A stretch of 63,996 bases of DNA, the filler included, from Gonapodya sp. JEL0774 (taxonomy: Eukaryota), in the NCBI GenBank assembly GCA_027604505.1. It is 12 parts of 12 records of this genome, joined end to end, with 100 filler letters (N's around TTAATTAATTAA, not from the genome) between each part and the next. Parts side by side here need not be neighbours in the genome. Positions count along the whole stretch, not along the records: positions 48,552 to 53,815 come from JADIIX010000749.1; positions 53,916 to 59,177 come from JADIIX010000750.1; positions 59,278 to 63,996 come from JADIIX010000871.1; 9 more parts are not named here. One strand, given 5' to 3'. Positions 52,309-63,996 of the stretch are shown piece after piece. Position numbers and translations under genes: made by a program. Position 1 is the stretch's first letter. Each line of letters starts with the position of its first letter. The notes below the pieces were generated by a model. The model made no database searches. It saw only the letters and a list, made by a program, of their open reading frames with translations, and was not told the DNA's origin.

Positions 52309-53815
52309 CTAGACTGCGATGGGGCGGATCTTAAAGTCCATGGACTAAAGCAGCGGGGAAAAGGGAAGAAGTTTATACAAAGTTTCACGTCAGTCCGGCC
52401 CGTTTTCCCATGAACGCAACTTGGTCCACGTATGCAGTACGCGATCACCCACCTTCCGGACAGCGAGCGTTACTGATAGGGCGGATCCGATTAATTTGGG
52501 TACCATAATCAAAGGCATTCGTAGTGCAGCGACGGAAAGTGCGAGTGCGGTGGCCGCAGGTGCGTGTTCAAAATCAAATGCAAAACCAAACACCGAGCAT
52601 GCCTCGGTTAGCTCCGAACCTCGCGACCGGCGCCCGACAATTTCGTCTTCCACCTCACCCACCTTGGATATCGTACCGTCCTTGGCGTTTGGCTGGATCG
52701 GTGTCCCACACGCCCCATTTTTCGGGGTCGTCTGGAGTGAAAGAATATAAAAAGGGGATTGGAGGGAGTGGTTGCGGCGGTTGCGGTTGGATGTTGACAT
52801 TTGCCCCGTGAGGGAACCAAAAAGCATCCGAGAACAGAGATTTTCACCTTCGTTGCACAGCTCCATCTCAAACTTGCGCACGATGGTGGAGATGAGGACC
52901 ATGGCTTCCTCTTTGTCGTTGTGTCCACACACACCAGAAAAAAGTGCCAGAGATTTGAAACAGTGAGACAACGGTGAGATCATTTCACTCGACACTGACG
53001 GTCCGGTCCCCCAATTTGACACTCACGGTTCGCCATGTTCATACCTAAACATATCCTGGGACCGGCGTTGAACACGGGCCACTTGTACTGGTTCTCCTTG
53101 AGGAGGTTGCCCGAGGCGTCGATCCAGCGTTCGGGGCGGAGCTGGGCGGGTGAAGAAAGGAGGGAGGCAGGGGGTACGTGTTTGGTCAATGTGACGAAAA
53201 CGGACCGAAAACCCATTTCGGCGATCAGGCGGTTGGGGGTGCACTCACCTCTTCGGCATCAGCTCCCCAGATCCGAGTGAGGTGGCCCATACTGTACGGC
53301 TATTTGATCGGAAAACAGATCAAGCAAGCAGTTGCACCACGTGCGATTTCACGAAGTCGCAAGGCGGGAAACACGCAGTCGCATTAATTACTCACGTGGA
53401 ACGCGACCCGCTGGCCCTTGTACACCTTGGTCTTTGTTCCGGGGAGGATATCGTCCTTGGTGGGGACTTTGAAGTTGAACGGTACGTTGGCGTACAACTA
53501 AGGAATGGGAAAGTTGATCTCAGTGTGCTCAGATGAATGGACTCCATCGTGTGGAGCCACACACAGACGCAAACGCACCCGCAACACCTCGTGGAATGTG
53601 GCCATGGTGTACTTGAGGTCCTTGAGATCGTTGTAGTCGCACATGCGGTCCTGACCCAACACGGTCAAACACTCTTGTCGGACTTTGGACAGAATCTCGG
53701 GGTGGCGAGCCAGCTCGTAAAACACCCAGGAGAGCGTCTGTGCTGTGGTGTCGCGGCCTGCGTGGAGGGGCGCCGAACGAAACAGAAATAATGGTCCGTG
53801 TCGGTATGCGTGGTG
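52309..53815 (-). CDS. Cytochrome P450, copy B, 5' truncated
   Basis: AGRDTTAQTLSW, ExxR, PERWID, heme motif FNAGPRICLG; last exon SMDFKIRPIAV stop. Confidence 0.93.
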
Positions 53816-53915
53816 NNNNNNNNNNNNNNNNNNNNNNNNNNNNNNNNNNNNNNNNNNNNTTAATTAATTAANNNNNNNNNNNNNNNNNNNNNNNNNNNNN
53901 NNNNNNNNNNNNNNN

Positions 53916-56465
53916 TGTCCAATGCTAATTCTCCTATCTAATTCATCAATGCTATTACAGCTTTTTCAGATCTCTTGTACATTCTCCGTCGCTACCTTTG
54001 CGTCAAACACCTCCTTTCCAGCACGTCTTCGGCTGCCCAAGATGCTCAAGCGCAAGTCGAAAAAATGACGCACCTCGCAAAAACAGCGCTGGGTGAGGGA
54101 GAAGGAGAGGATGAGAGGAGGAAGTGGTTCGATGATGGTAGAGTCCCCTGAGCTTGCCAATGATCGCGACTCTTGGTTAAACCGGGCCATATCTCCTTCA
54201 CCGTCGGGCAGACATCGCTCGACTCTCTCATTTGGCTGCGTCTCTAGCTCTTACCTTATCATCGAACGAAGGTGGGCCCGCGCTCACGGATTTAGCCTCG
54301 TGGAACTGGGACAGAGAGCTCACAAGGTTCTGGGACACTGTCGATCATGCAGCGAATCAAAGAAATCGAGGGGAAGACGCCACCGCTGTTGCACCTTTTG
54401 CGAGTGCTGTGGTAGAGTGGATGTGGTGTAGGCGTGGGGACGAGGACCCGCAGGGCTCCGTTACGCAGGACGAGGAATCATGGAAAGAGTGGGATGCTGC
54501 GAAAATTGTTACCTTAGTCAACCATGTGAAGAAGGCGGTCAAGGCCGGTGGAGTGGTATCTAGCTCGGCGGGATATGCTGGGTTGGGAGAAACTGCTCCG
54601 GATTCGAAGGAGTATTTTCCTACAGAATCGCCTGTTCAGCGCCCACGAGATACGGCGCAATTAGCCATACAATCTTCCCCCCACGTAGAAACCCCTGAGG
54701 CCGCCCAACCCTCCACCCCGCAGCAGAACGAGGTAGGCCAGAAGACCGCCTTGGTTCAAGAGCTAATGAAGACCTCAGGTTCGACGCCAGCAAAAATATC
54801 TGCTGTACACGGTGAGTCCACAGTTAAAGTAGCGTCGCTCTCAAATGAAGGTGTACCAAGGTCTCACGTCCCTTCCTTACCGCAGCACCGAGTGTTGACA
54901 AACATTCCAGAACCGCCCACCCTCCTGTACACACTGATGCTTTGAGCGTTATTTCATCAGTATCGTACGCCGAGTTTGATGTACGTTACGTCCTTCCATA
55001 TCCTGTTTTCCTTTCCATTACCTACTATCCAACTTTCTCGACCAGACCAGCCCGATCCTTCCTCCTGCTCCAACCGAACAAGAATCAGCGGAGTTTGCGT
55101 TCGCTGGAGGAATAGGACCGAGCGTTGCCGGTGTCAAGGTTATGGACGTGAAAGTCAGAAATGATGGAAGGTTCGTCCCCAAGTTGTACAACGGTCGGAG
55201 AGTATTTTCGCTGTTCCGGTCGTCACTCATAACACTCTTCGTAGTGTCTTTGCTGCGACTGCCCCGGCTGATTCCCACAATGACCGCACCATTTCTATTC
55301 TTTCACTTACGGGGTCGCCTTCCTTGATTCACCAAATCGACACTGGAACACCCCGCGCGACCATTGCCCTTTCATTCCACCCTGAGCATCCATCGTGGCT
55401 GCTCTCAGCAGATATGGACCACTGTGTCAAACTGTGGGATGTGGAAACAAGAGTGTGCTTGAAGGTGTACAAGAAGTGGCATACACGAGTCATTCACCGA
55501 ATTGGATGGGTGCCTTATGCTGACTCGAGAGCGTGGAGCTGCTCAGCTGATCAGTCTGTTCGGGTATGGGATGTCGATACAGTAATCGCAGACGACGCAG
55601 ATGGAGATCTGGACGTGGCCAAAATTCATGCAAATGAGCCGTTTGTGGGTGTGGTGTGGAGCGGTCAAGGCGTAGGGCAGGTTATGGTGGTGGCTATGGC
55701 TTACGCGGTACGGGTGTACAGGGCCAGAACGATGGGTGTGCTGCGAACCGTGGGATTCCCGGACTTGCGTGCTAGGTAGGTCCAAGCTCCACTGCTCGGT
55801 AATTGATCCGATCTTTGCACAAAACTGATTGGCTCTGCGATACAGCAAAAGTCCAATCACGGCAATCCACTCTCATCCGGTTCATGATAGTTTTGCCCTC
55901 TTGTCGTGTGACAACCAGATACGACTAGTGGAAGTTACGGGGATGACGACGTTAAAGGTATACAATGCACGGGAACTTTCGCCTGGCGTAAGTTCACATG
56001 AATGGACATGCAAGCTATCTGCAGACGTATCGCTGCTGATTCATCAACCGCTATATATAGACTCGGATTGAAGGGCAATTTTCTCCATATGGGGCATTCA
56101 TCTACGCCGGTAGTCTCGATCCCCGCACCATCTCATTTCATGCCGACTCTACTTCTCCCTCATCTCCCCCGCGGCATGGCAACAAAAGACTCTCTGGGCC
56201 CCGAGAATCCTTACCTTCATCTAATGAAACATTGCGTCAACCGTTTGGAACAGGGGTGTTCATATGGCGAGTTCACACGGGAAAGCTAGAACGGGTGGAG
56301 ATGGCGGCGATGGAAGGTGGTGCGGGATGTAAGGTCGGAGTCGGGGTGTGTAAATGGGTAGCTGTGCCATCTGCTGGTAGCAGCCAGATCCAGAAAGTAG
56401 GGAGAGGAGGTAAAAAAGTCTTGGTGAGCGCGGGAGCGGATAAAGTTGTGAGAGTGTTTCGATGA
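53916..56465 (+). CDS. WD40-repeat protein with a helical (possibly CTLH-like) N-terminal region, 5' truncated
   Basis: LLSADMDHCVKLWD, WSCSADQSVRVWD, LLSCDNQIRLVE, LVSAGADKVVRVF. Confidence 0.8.
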
Positions 56466-56543
56466 TAGGACACTGTGTTGCTTTTGAGTGCAAGGTCGAC
56501 ACGAGGTTGGCCTCTTTGTTATAGGGGAGTGGTGGCTTCAATT

Positions 56544-56597
56544 TGTCGAATTCGATTCATCGGGGTTGATTGTTGAATTCGATTCATCGAGGTTGAT
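56544..56597. repeat. Two-copy 27-bp tandem repeat
   Basis: tgtcgaattcgattcatcggggttgat followed by tgttgaattcgattcatcgaggttgat. Confidence 0.85.
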
Positions 56598-56848
56598 GGT
56601 CATTATGATGTCATGACCTATTTATTATCGACGGTTTATGACAACCCACACATTGGAAGTATCAATGATAGTTTCTCTTGTGACCACAAGCAACTCCTGT
56701 TTTGGCGAGTCATTGATTCTCTTCTCTGTCGTGCATGATGGGACGAAAGCACTGGCAGGTTGTACGCAAACCGATTCTCAAGAGAACGTTTATCCAGGCA
56801 TTACGGTAACCGATGAGGGTTCAACAAAAAGCATGGATGTTATTGTCA

Positions 56849-59067
56849 TCAATAGCGTTTGGGCGGGGTACACTTTCCGAACACTTGATCGGGAACTTTT
56901 GCGCCCTTCAGACCAGCACTATTTACGAAACTCATGGACAACCCAGCCTGCATATGCCAATCGATATGCTGTATGATCCGACAGGAAAGAAAAGAGCAAA
57001 TTTTGGCGTCAGAATAATGAATGGACATCCTTCAATATAAATGCAGAAGAGTATAGTATTACATACGCAGTGGAGCATCCAAACACCGGGATTATCAAAC
57101 TTGACGAGAAGCCCCACGTATCCTTTCCTGCAACCTGTTTCCCCTCCTCCACCGGTCCCGCCAATGCACGGTGGGACTTGAATCGCATCTCGGCGGGGGT
57201 AAGTTGACACTACATCACTATGCAGCAGATGTCCTGAGTTCACGACCCAAAAGGTATGTCCATGAAGGTGAAAGACATGCTCCACTGCATCATCGTTTCG
57301 AATCTGCACGTACACCCAGGTACCATTGATAACGTTGACTGCATTAGAAGACGCCGGTAGTTGACTCGCATTCATTCCAGCAATAACGTTGAGGAGATCT
57401 GGGTAAGGTGGCAGCAAGAACTGTGAATCATCAATGTTCACGAGGTCAGCACTGTCGGTGAGTGAAACAGAAGCACGAGTTGTGTTCCTGTCACCGTTGG
57501 GCTGGATGGCAAACGAGTAGTAGATTGTCTGATCGTAATCTCCTGGCAAGCCGTCCGAGGTGAGACCATTTAATTCCCCGAGGTGGTACGCATCTAGTGG
57601 CATTGTCGAGATTGGCGCCGCAACCTGCTTCGGCGGGCTGGGCGGTGCACCGAGATAACGCGCAACTGCCGTCACGTTCGGGTTCAGGCCGTTGAGGTTG
57701 ACAGGGGCCGGATCCCACATGAGCACGTCTATTGGGGCACGAACGATGTAGTTTGCGATTGCAAGGTTTGCAGTGAAAAGAAGGGAATAGCGCTGGGAAG
57801 GTAGTATGCGAATCGAATCCACCAGTGTAGGAGTAGTGTAAACACCATCGGATTCAATTATTGTGAAGTTATGTCCGTCAATTGAGAATGTAAAAGGTGA
57901 CATAGCGGCTTCATTGATGAGGCGGAGGCGGTCTAAAAGGTGAATCGGGCCCATCGGTTGGTTGAAAAAGTGGCCTTCTCATCACACCCAAGGGCTTATG
58001 ACACTTACAGGTCACGCCTTTGACAAAATTGAAGACGTAGGGAGAAGAACGCGTGCATCCTGACCGAGGAGGCGCTTTAGAACAATCATAAACTCCGACA
58101 CCATTGATGAGGCCTGCGAAGCAAGGATCGAATGAGTGCGATAGACCAATCTCAATTACAGAAAGCAAGTCTTACCTGACTCTGGGACGGGCTCAAAAGC
58201 ACCCTCGTTAGGAGTAAAATCTGCGCGTGCATGGTAGGACGGTACATTGACGGGCTACGCGTCCACCAGTAAGCTCACATGCTCGTACTTACAATAGTTC
58301 AGGAGGTATTCACTGGTATTATGATAGTGATCTGCCAAGGTCACTGTCACGTCTTGCGAATATTGGTGGAGATACGGATCCTTGGGGTCGTGAATTATGA
58401 AAGGACCGCGCAATCCGTCCACTGTGTAGTTTTATTTGAGGAATGCACAATTGATCAGTCTGCGTTTTCAAATCGTTCAGTCTGCCGTTTTTATTACCGT
58501 AGTGCGACTTGTAATGCGCGTGCCACCAGAACGTTCCGACTTGAGTGCCAACCGAGAATGTGTACACAAAAGTTGCTGGCGTGAAAAATGCATGTAGATG
58601 AGATTTAGCAACTCTCGATGATCTCCACGAGCAGTATATACCTCCAGGTTGAATAAGGCATTGAGTCACTCCTGCCGCCCCGTCCATCCACGGAGTTCCC
58701 CGTTGATGCATGCCGTGCCAGTGGATGGAAGTCGGAACATCGAGATAATTGATGACAGTGACACTTACTGTGTCACCTGCGACGACTTCAATGGCCTGAA
58801 AGGAGGGCAAAATCACATGTAATATGACGGGTTCGAAGATCCGCAAGCAAAACCTCCTACATAGTCAAGTTGTCCATTCGCTAGTTTCATCGCGACTGGA
58901 TATCCATCAGGTGATACGATCTTGGTGGCGAGAGTGAGTGTAAAGGTCTTAGTGGGGGAAGGCTTGGCGGCGGCACCAGCGAGTAACGTAGGATCCGCTG
59001 TGACAGAAAACGCCAGGAGCGTCAACAGAAGGATCCCAGTGAGAAGGCACCGCATCAAGTGATCCAT
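56849..59067 (-). CDS. Secreted multicopper oxidase (laccase/ferroxidase-like)
   Basis: Signal peptide; all four copper motifs present (HWHG, WWHAH, HVFHLHGH, spliced HC-HIDWHMQAGL); no C-terminal TM anchor. Confidence 0.96.
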
Positions 59068-59277
59068 GTGTTCCAATGTGTTTCAGATTGAACGTGAGGG
59101 TGGAACGCCAAAAGGTATGAACGTTATCGGCGTGGAGCTTGCCAGGTTCTTTGTCCGATCACGGTGAGGGTTCATGTNNNNNNNNNNNNNNNNNNNNNNN
59201 NNNNNNNNNNNNNNNNNNNNNTTAATTAATTAANNNNNNNNNNNNNNNNNNNNNNNNNNNNNNNNNNNNNNNNNNNN

Positions 59278-59902
59278 ATTCAATCGATTTCAATGAGACT
59301 ATTGATGATTTATGGCGTTCTACATGATTGCGGTTTCGAAAGCGGAAGCAGATATACCCCAATCAGTCCAAGCCCAACCGGGTCCATGGAAGACTCGCAG
59401 CTCCGAAAAGTGGCCACCTGTATGGCGAAAGTGTTTGCCTGGTTGGGAACCCTTTGTAGTTCCTGTCGAAGTGCGGGCTCGTTGGCAAGACCTCTTCGAT
59501 TCCTACATCAAACCTGGCGCGCTCAACGAATTGAACTTGTCGTTCGCCGTAGCACAGGAGGCTCAAGCTAGAATGAAAAGTGGAGGACTGACAATTGATT
59601 CGTTTGATCAATGCAGAGCAGAAATACTAGAGTGAGTACTGCTTGATCGACTGCGGTTGGTTCGATGCGCCAGATGGAAGGCAGAATTGATGCGGAGGAT
59701 GTTTCTCGACAGGCTTTTACACGATAATACGTTTCAAAGTAAGATGTACTTGCTTTGCGCTTGTGATTGATCTAAGTCGGTATTATTACCGTGCACTGAT
59801 CCACCAGAATTCATACAAGCGAGACCAGGAGTCCTGAATGAGTTGTTGAAAGATTATACAGCGAGCGTGCCATTGCCCAAATCTACTTCTGAAATTAATT
59901 AA
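59278..59902 (+). CDS. RGS-domain protein, C-terminal fragment
   Basis: LFDSYIKPGALNELNLS...FDQCRAEILE-LLHDNTFQKF is the RGS pattern; possible 1-nt frameshift near 59312. Confidence 0.8.
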
Positions 59903-60012
59903 TTATAGAGAGTCTTTGTTACACGACCAGAGAGCAGGAAGAGGCTTAGGGAAATGATCGCGCAGTTCTTCGCCACCGCCCACCCCCAGAACACAGCAGA
60001 ATCTGGAATTTT

Positions 60013-61702
60013 ATGACCGAGCCTTCGAGTACAAGTTTAGCGTTACCACTCTCTGATGCTTTCATGGGATCGGATCCGATCCATCAATTCAAAACGGCAC
60101 ATCTTAGAACTCCAGATTCAGCAGCAGCAACTGCAAGCGGCTCCCGTCTTTTGGAATCCATAGTCCTCTCATCACACAAGGGCAGCACTCGTTCTGCGTC
60201 AAGTCCAATCAATCTACGAACACTTGATGGATGGCTTAGGGCTGTACGCAAAGCAGTCACTGTCCGTGGAAGATGGTCGATGACCTTCGTCGCTTGGTCA
60301 GCTCTGTCAGGGACTGTGACAACGATTCTTATAGGGAAATCCATTGCGATGTCCGCGGAATGTGTGTAAATTCTTCGTTTCATAGTGGGTCTGGTCCTTC
60401 AACCGAGTGAGGCTGTCGATGCGCTTGCAGATTATACAGTGTACGAACTTGGTACAGTCATCTTGTCGACCTTCTGTTGCAAGCATTTCTTTGATCGTCC
60501 AATAAAAGTCCTGAAAGCTGGCTTGAATCTTTCCGTGCTGTTTTCTGTGTATCTAGCTTTCGATGCGATCCGAACTCAAAATGTTTTCGAGGCAAGTGCA
60601 CACAACATGGTTTGATGTCCTCAGCAAGTGCCACAGCATGATAACTCTTTGCATAGGTTTTGGGTGTGCTCCTTCTCTCTTTGAACGTTCTTGTATATGC
60701 AGTTGTTGCGTGCACCGCGTCTCCGGACATTGTTCTCCTTCGTGATGCACTCCTCAAGTCAGATCCACCGGCACCACTGAATGATCCTACAGCATGGTAC
60801 ACTCCATACCTTGTCGCTTCACAGTCTACGTACATAGATACTTGGGTTCAGTCTTTACGAAAGATCGAGGTGGCTACAGTCATCGTCTGTTCCGTGACTT
60901 TGTTTATCCAAATAATTTTGGTCGCTGGAGTGTTTCGCGAAGTCAGATGGAAAGTGTTTCACAAGATTGGAGCAGATCTACAAATGCGAAAACGATATGC
61001 GTGAGTGCTTGAATGATGTGCCGTGTTCCGGACTGCATGCCGAATGCTGATTGACCAGAGCTCATACGACGATCCTGTGATCACGGACAGAGCCGCAACC
61101 TTGCTAATCTTCCAAATAAAAGCGTCAGTTTTCTTCCACACTCTTACCGTAACTTATTTTGGAATTCATGGAGGCCGTGTAGGGTCCATGGAAAGTTTCG
61201 TCTGGGCATCAGTGTCAGGATATACTTTATACGCGATCGGACTTTTCGTACTACTGAGGGCTATTCGGAGGGAAAATGTAGTTGGGGTCCTTTTCTTTGC
61301 ATTGTCGGCCTTTTCTTACCAGTCTGTTCTGACTAACGAGATTTCCGAGGCGAGTCCGCTACAGGAATCTCTTTATTTGCCACAAAGAAAGTCGCATTCA
61401 TCCCCAACACCTTCTCTTTTGTTGCAAAGCTCCGACGCCGATCCACAAGTATCGTTGATGACATCAACTTCTTCGTCCGGGAAGGAGGCCTCTACTTCTG
61501 CGCGGTCAACACGATCTCACTTGTCCTTTGCATGCTCACCAGTATCGTGTGTGTAAGCAACTTTAACCAAGGACTCCGAAAGCATTTGACACGTTCAGTG
61601 TCCCGGCCTATCCTACCGGTAGGACTGAATAACCTCAAAATAGACGTAATATGTGCGGCAGAGCGGCAACCAGAGGAGAAGAAGCGATGGTCTCTCGAAT
61701 GA
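60013..61702 (+). CDS. UPF0658-like fungal multi-pass membrane protein, copy A
   Basis: Many TM segments; FREVRWKVFHKIGADLQMRKRY, AIRRENVVG, VCVSNFNQGLRKHL. Confidence 0.72.
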
Positions 61703-62039
61703 AATTGCGTTAGCAGAACTTCAATTAAGATAAGAGAATATTGAGTAGGCTGTGTATGTGGCAAGGTTGAGGAGTAGTCTTCATGAGAGGTTACGAGACG
61801 ACATAACCCTACCAATATCCAGTGCAAAAAATTGGCCTCCCTTTGCACGGAATTCCTCGCATGGTATGCTGAGTGACATCTTCGGACTGGGTCTCAACGG
61901 CCCGACATTTCGAGTTGAACCACCCTAATTTATTTGAACCTGAGTGAACCCTGACTGACAAGCGCCATCAAAACCGTGAGCGTCCTTCTGTGGGAGCGGC
62001 TTGCTCGAGGTGTCGAAGCTTGTCTGTGAGCTCAGCAGT

Positions 62040-63754
62040 ATGGACAAAATCTCCTCGACAAGACCAGGACGATCTGTTGACAAGCCTCTCTTCGCAATGA
62101 GTGAAAGTTCCCCAACGGATGGAACTCGAGCGCCATCTCCGACATCCGGCAGCAACAATCATCTCTTGGGTGCCTCTAGCGCTGCGATCGCTCGTACGAG
62201 TACCTCGAAATCTGCTGCTATCGACTTGAGAACAGTAGACGGTTGGGTCCGAGCCACAAGCAAAGCGATGAAAAGTCGCGGCAGATGGTCCATAGCTCTC
62301 GTTTGCTGGGCGGTAGTTGTTGGAATCGTTATTATTGGCTTGGTGGGGAAACAGTGGGCGGAGTCAGGCTCATGTGAGTATAACCTCGCCATCCATCACG
62401 GTAGCGTATCTCAAAGATTCCTCTTTGTACGCAAGTTTACACCGTCTACGAAATTGGTGGGTCTCAGTGATCAATAGCTGCAGATTCCTGCGCGGGGAGG
62501 AACACGGTTGTGATTTGCGCTACCCTTGATTTTCAAGTTTCGCGGGGCGGTATCGTCGGGGCCGTTGTGTTCTCAGCATATCTCTCATATAGTGCGATTC
62601 GAAATGAAAACTTTTATGAGGTATGTGGCCTGGTTCACGAGGGAAATCTCCCGCTGATTGTCCGATCTTGCACCAGGTTCTCGGCGTGATATTTTTTTCG
62701 GGAGGTGTTCTCATCTACGCCATCATTATTCTCATAACTGTGCCACACCTGGTGCTTATCCGCGAAGCACTCACGACACGCAATCCGTTACCCACCCAAG
62801 ATGACCCGACTGTGTGGTACACACCATACATCTCTAAAGCACTTTCGCCCGGTGTCGACACATGGAAAGATACAGTACGACGATACGAAATTGCCACCGT
62901 CGGGGTCTGTGCGCTCGAATTGATTGTGCAGATTCTGATGGTACCTGGGGTATTCAGGGAGGTTGGTTGGAAGATTTTCAGAAAGATAGGCGCAGACAGG
63001 TCAATGCAAAAGCGATACACGTAAGTTGGAGCTAGTTCGAACGTTACCGTTACACCTCTCCACTGCTTGAGGTGGCTCAATAAGGCAATTGGTACTACTT
63101 CATGAAACAAAAGCGCGTACGCCGTCCTCGTACTCCAAATCAAGCTTTCCCTCTTCTTCACCGTCGGATCTGCTTTCTACTTTCTCTCCCATGGTATCAG
63201 AATCGATGAAGCCTCCACACCCACCTTCTTGATCGCGTCTGCCGTTGGATATGTCTTTCATGCGGTCGGGCTACTCGTGCTGTGGTGGTCTGTGTACACG
63301 GAACGATTGTTTGGATTGCTTATTTTTGCAATTCTGACCATGGCATACGAGGGGATCCTTGCGAATCAGCTGTCAGAGGTGAGTTCACATATGTTGAAAG
63401 CTCATATTACGTCAGTTCGTGCGCAATACGAACTAATGGGGTATTCGACACTCATTGTGTCTCCTTTCTATCGCGGGGCAGCTCTGGCCACCTGCTTGGA
63501 CCCGAACAACTTTCGAAACAGATGTACACTTCCTCGTCCGGAATACAGGGACACTCTTCTGCTGCTTGGACCTTACTTTCCTCGCCGGCTGCATCTGCAC
63601 TAGCTTTGTATGCGCCCGAAATTTCGGCCATGGACTGAAAAAGCATCTGGCTGGCGAGAAAGGGGTGCCACATGAGAATACCGAGAGGGTCAAGATGGGT
63701 CACGGCCCGGACATTATAGTGGAGGAAGAGGCGGACCAATGGGCATTGGATTGA
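62040..63754 (+). CDS. UPF0658-like fungal multi-pass membrane protein, copy B
   Basis: Paralog of copy A: LRTVDGWVRA, DDPTVWYTPY, FREVGWKIFRKIGADRSMQKRY, VCARNFGHGLKKHL. Confidence 0.72.
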
Positions 63755-63996
63755 GATCTCTCTACTTTTTTGCAGGTACTGTTTCACGATGTCCCACAAA
63801 TCTTCACAATCAGATAGTTTTGCAATAACATTCCTCACGGACAGACACATTCTGAGTCACTGTACTGTGTAGGAAACTTTGATGCTATTTATTGCGCTCA
63901 TGTGCGTATGGGCTGTGTACATATCATTATACATAGAAAATCAGTACCCACAACTCAACTTGCATTCCGGCAGGTCGCGCGAATCTGTGCACCCAC

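Overview
Eukaryotic, intron-rich DNA, most consistent with an early-diverging (chytrid/monoblepharid-like) fungus; the taxon is inferred from gene content and short GT-AG introns, not proven. The window is not one locus: it is 12 unlinked contigs of about 5.3 kb, ordered by decreasing length and joined by artificial 100-nt N-TTAATTAATTAA-N spacers, so adjacency only matters within a contig. Recognisable genes: Src1/Man1-like nuclear envelope protein, two SDRs, PC-esterase plus CAS1 O-acetyltransferase, PRP8 3' end, mitochondrial TyrRS, tandem amidases, FAM72, KRR1 and UTP25 head-to-head, peroxisomal 2,4-dienoyl-CoA reductase, stomatin-like protein 2, GST-like protein, F-box and ankyrin genes, CPD photolyase, tandem P450s, a WD40 protein, a multicopper oxidase, an RGS fragment and tandem UPF0658-like membrane proteins. 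The standout is a spliced, single-polypeptide EutB-EutC ethanolamine ammonia-lyase (21649-23573), a coenzyme-B12 radical enzyme normally regarded as prokaryotic. Also notable are an MLKL-like helical bundle fused to a decayed kinase, and a sharply bounded CpG-depleted zone over the 3' half of UTP25.
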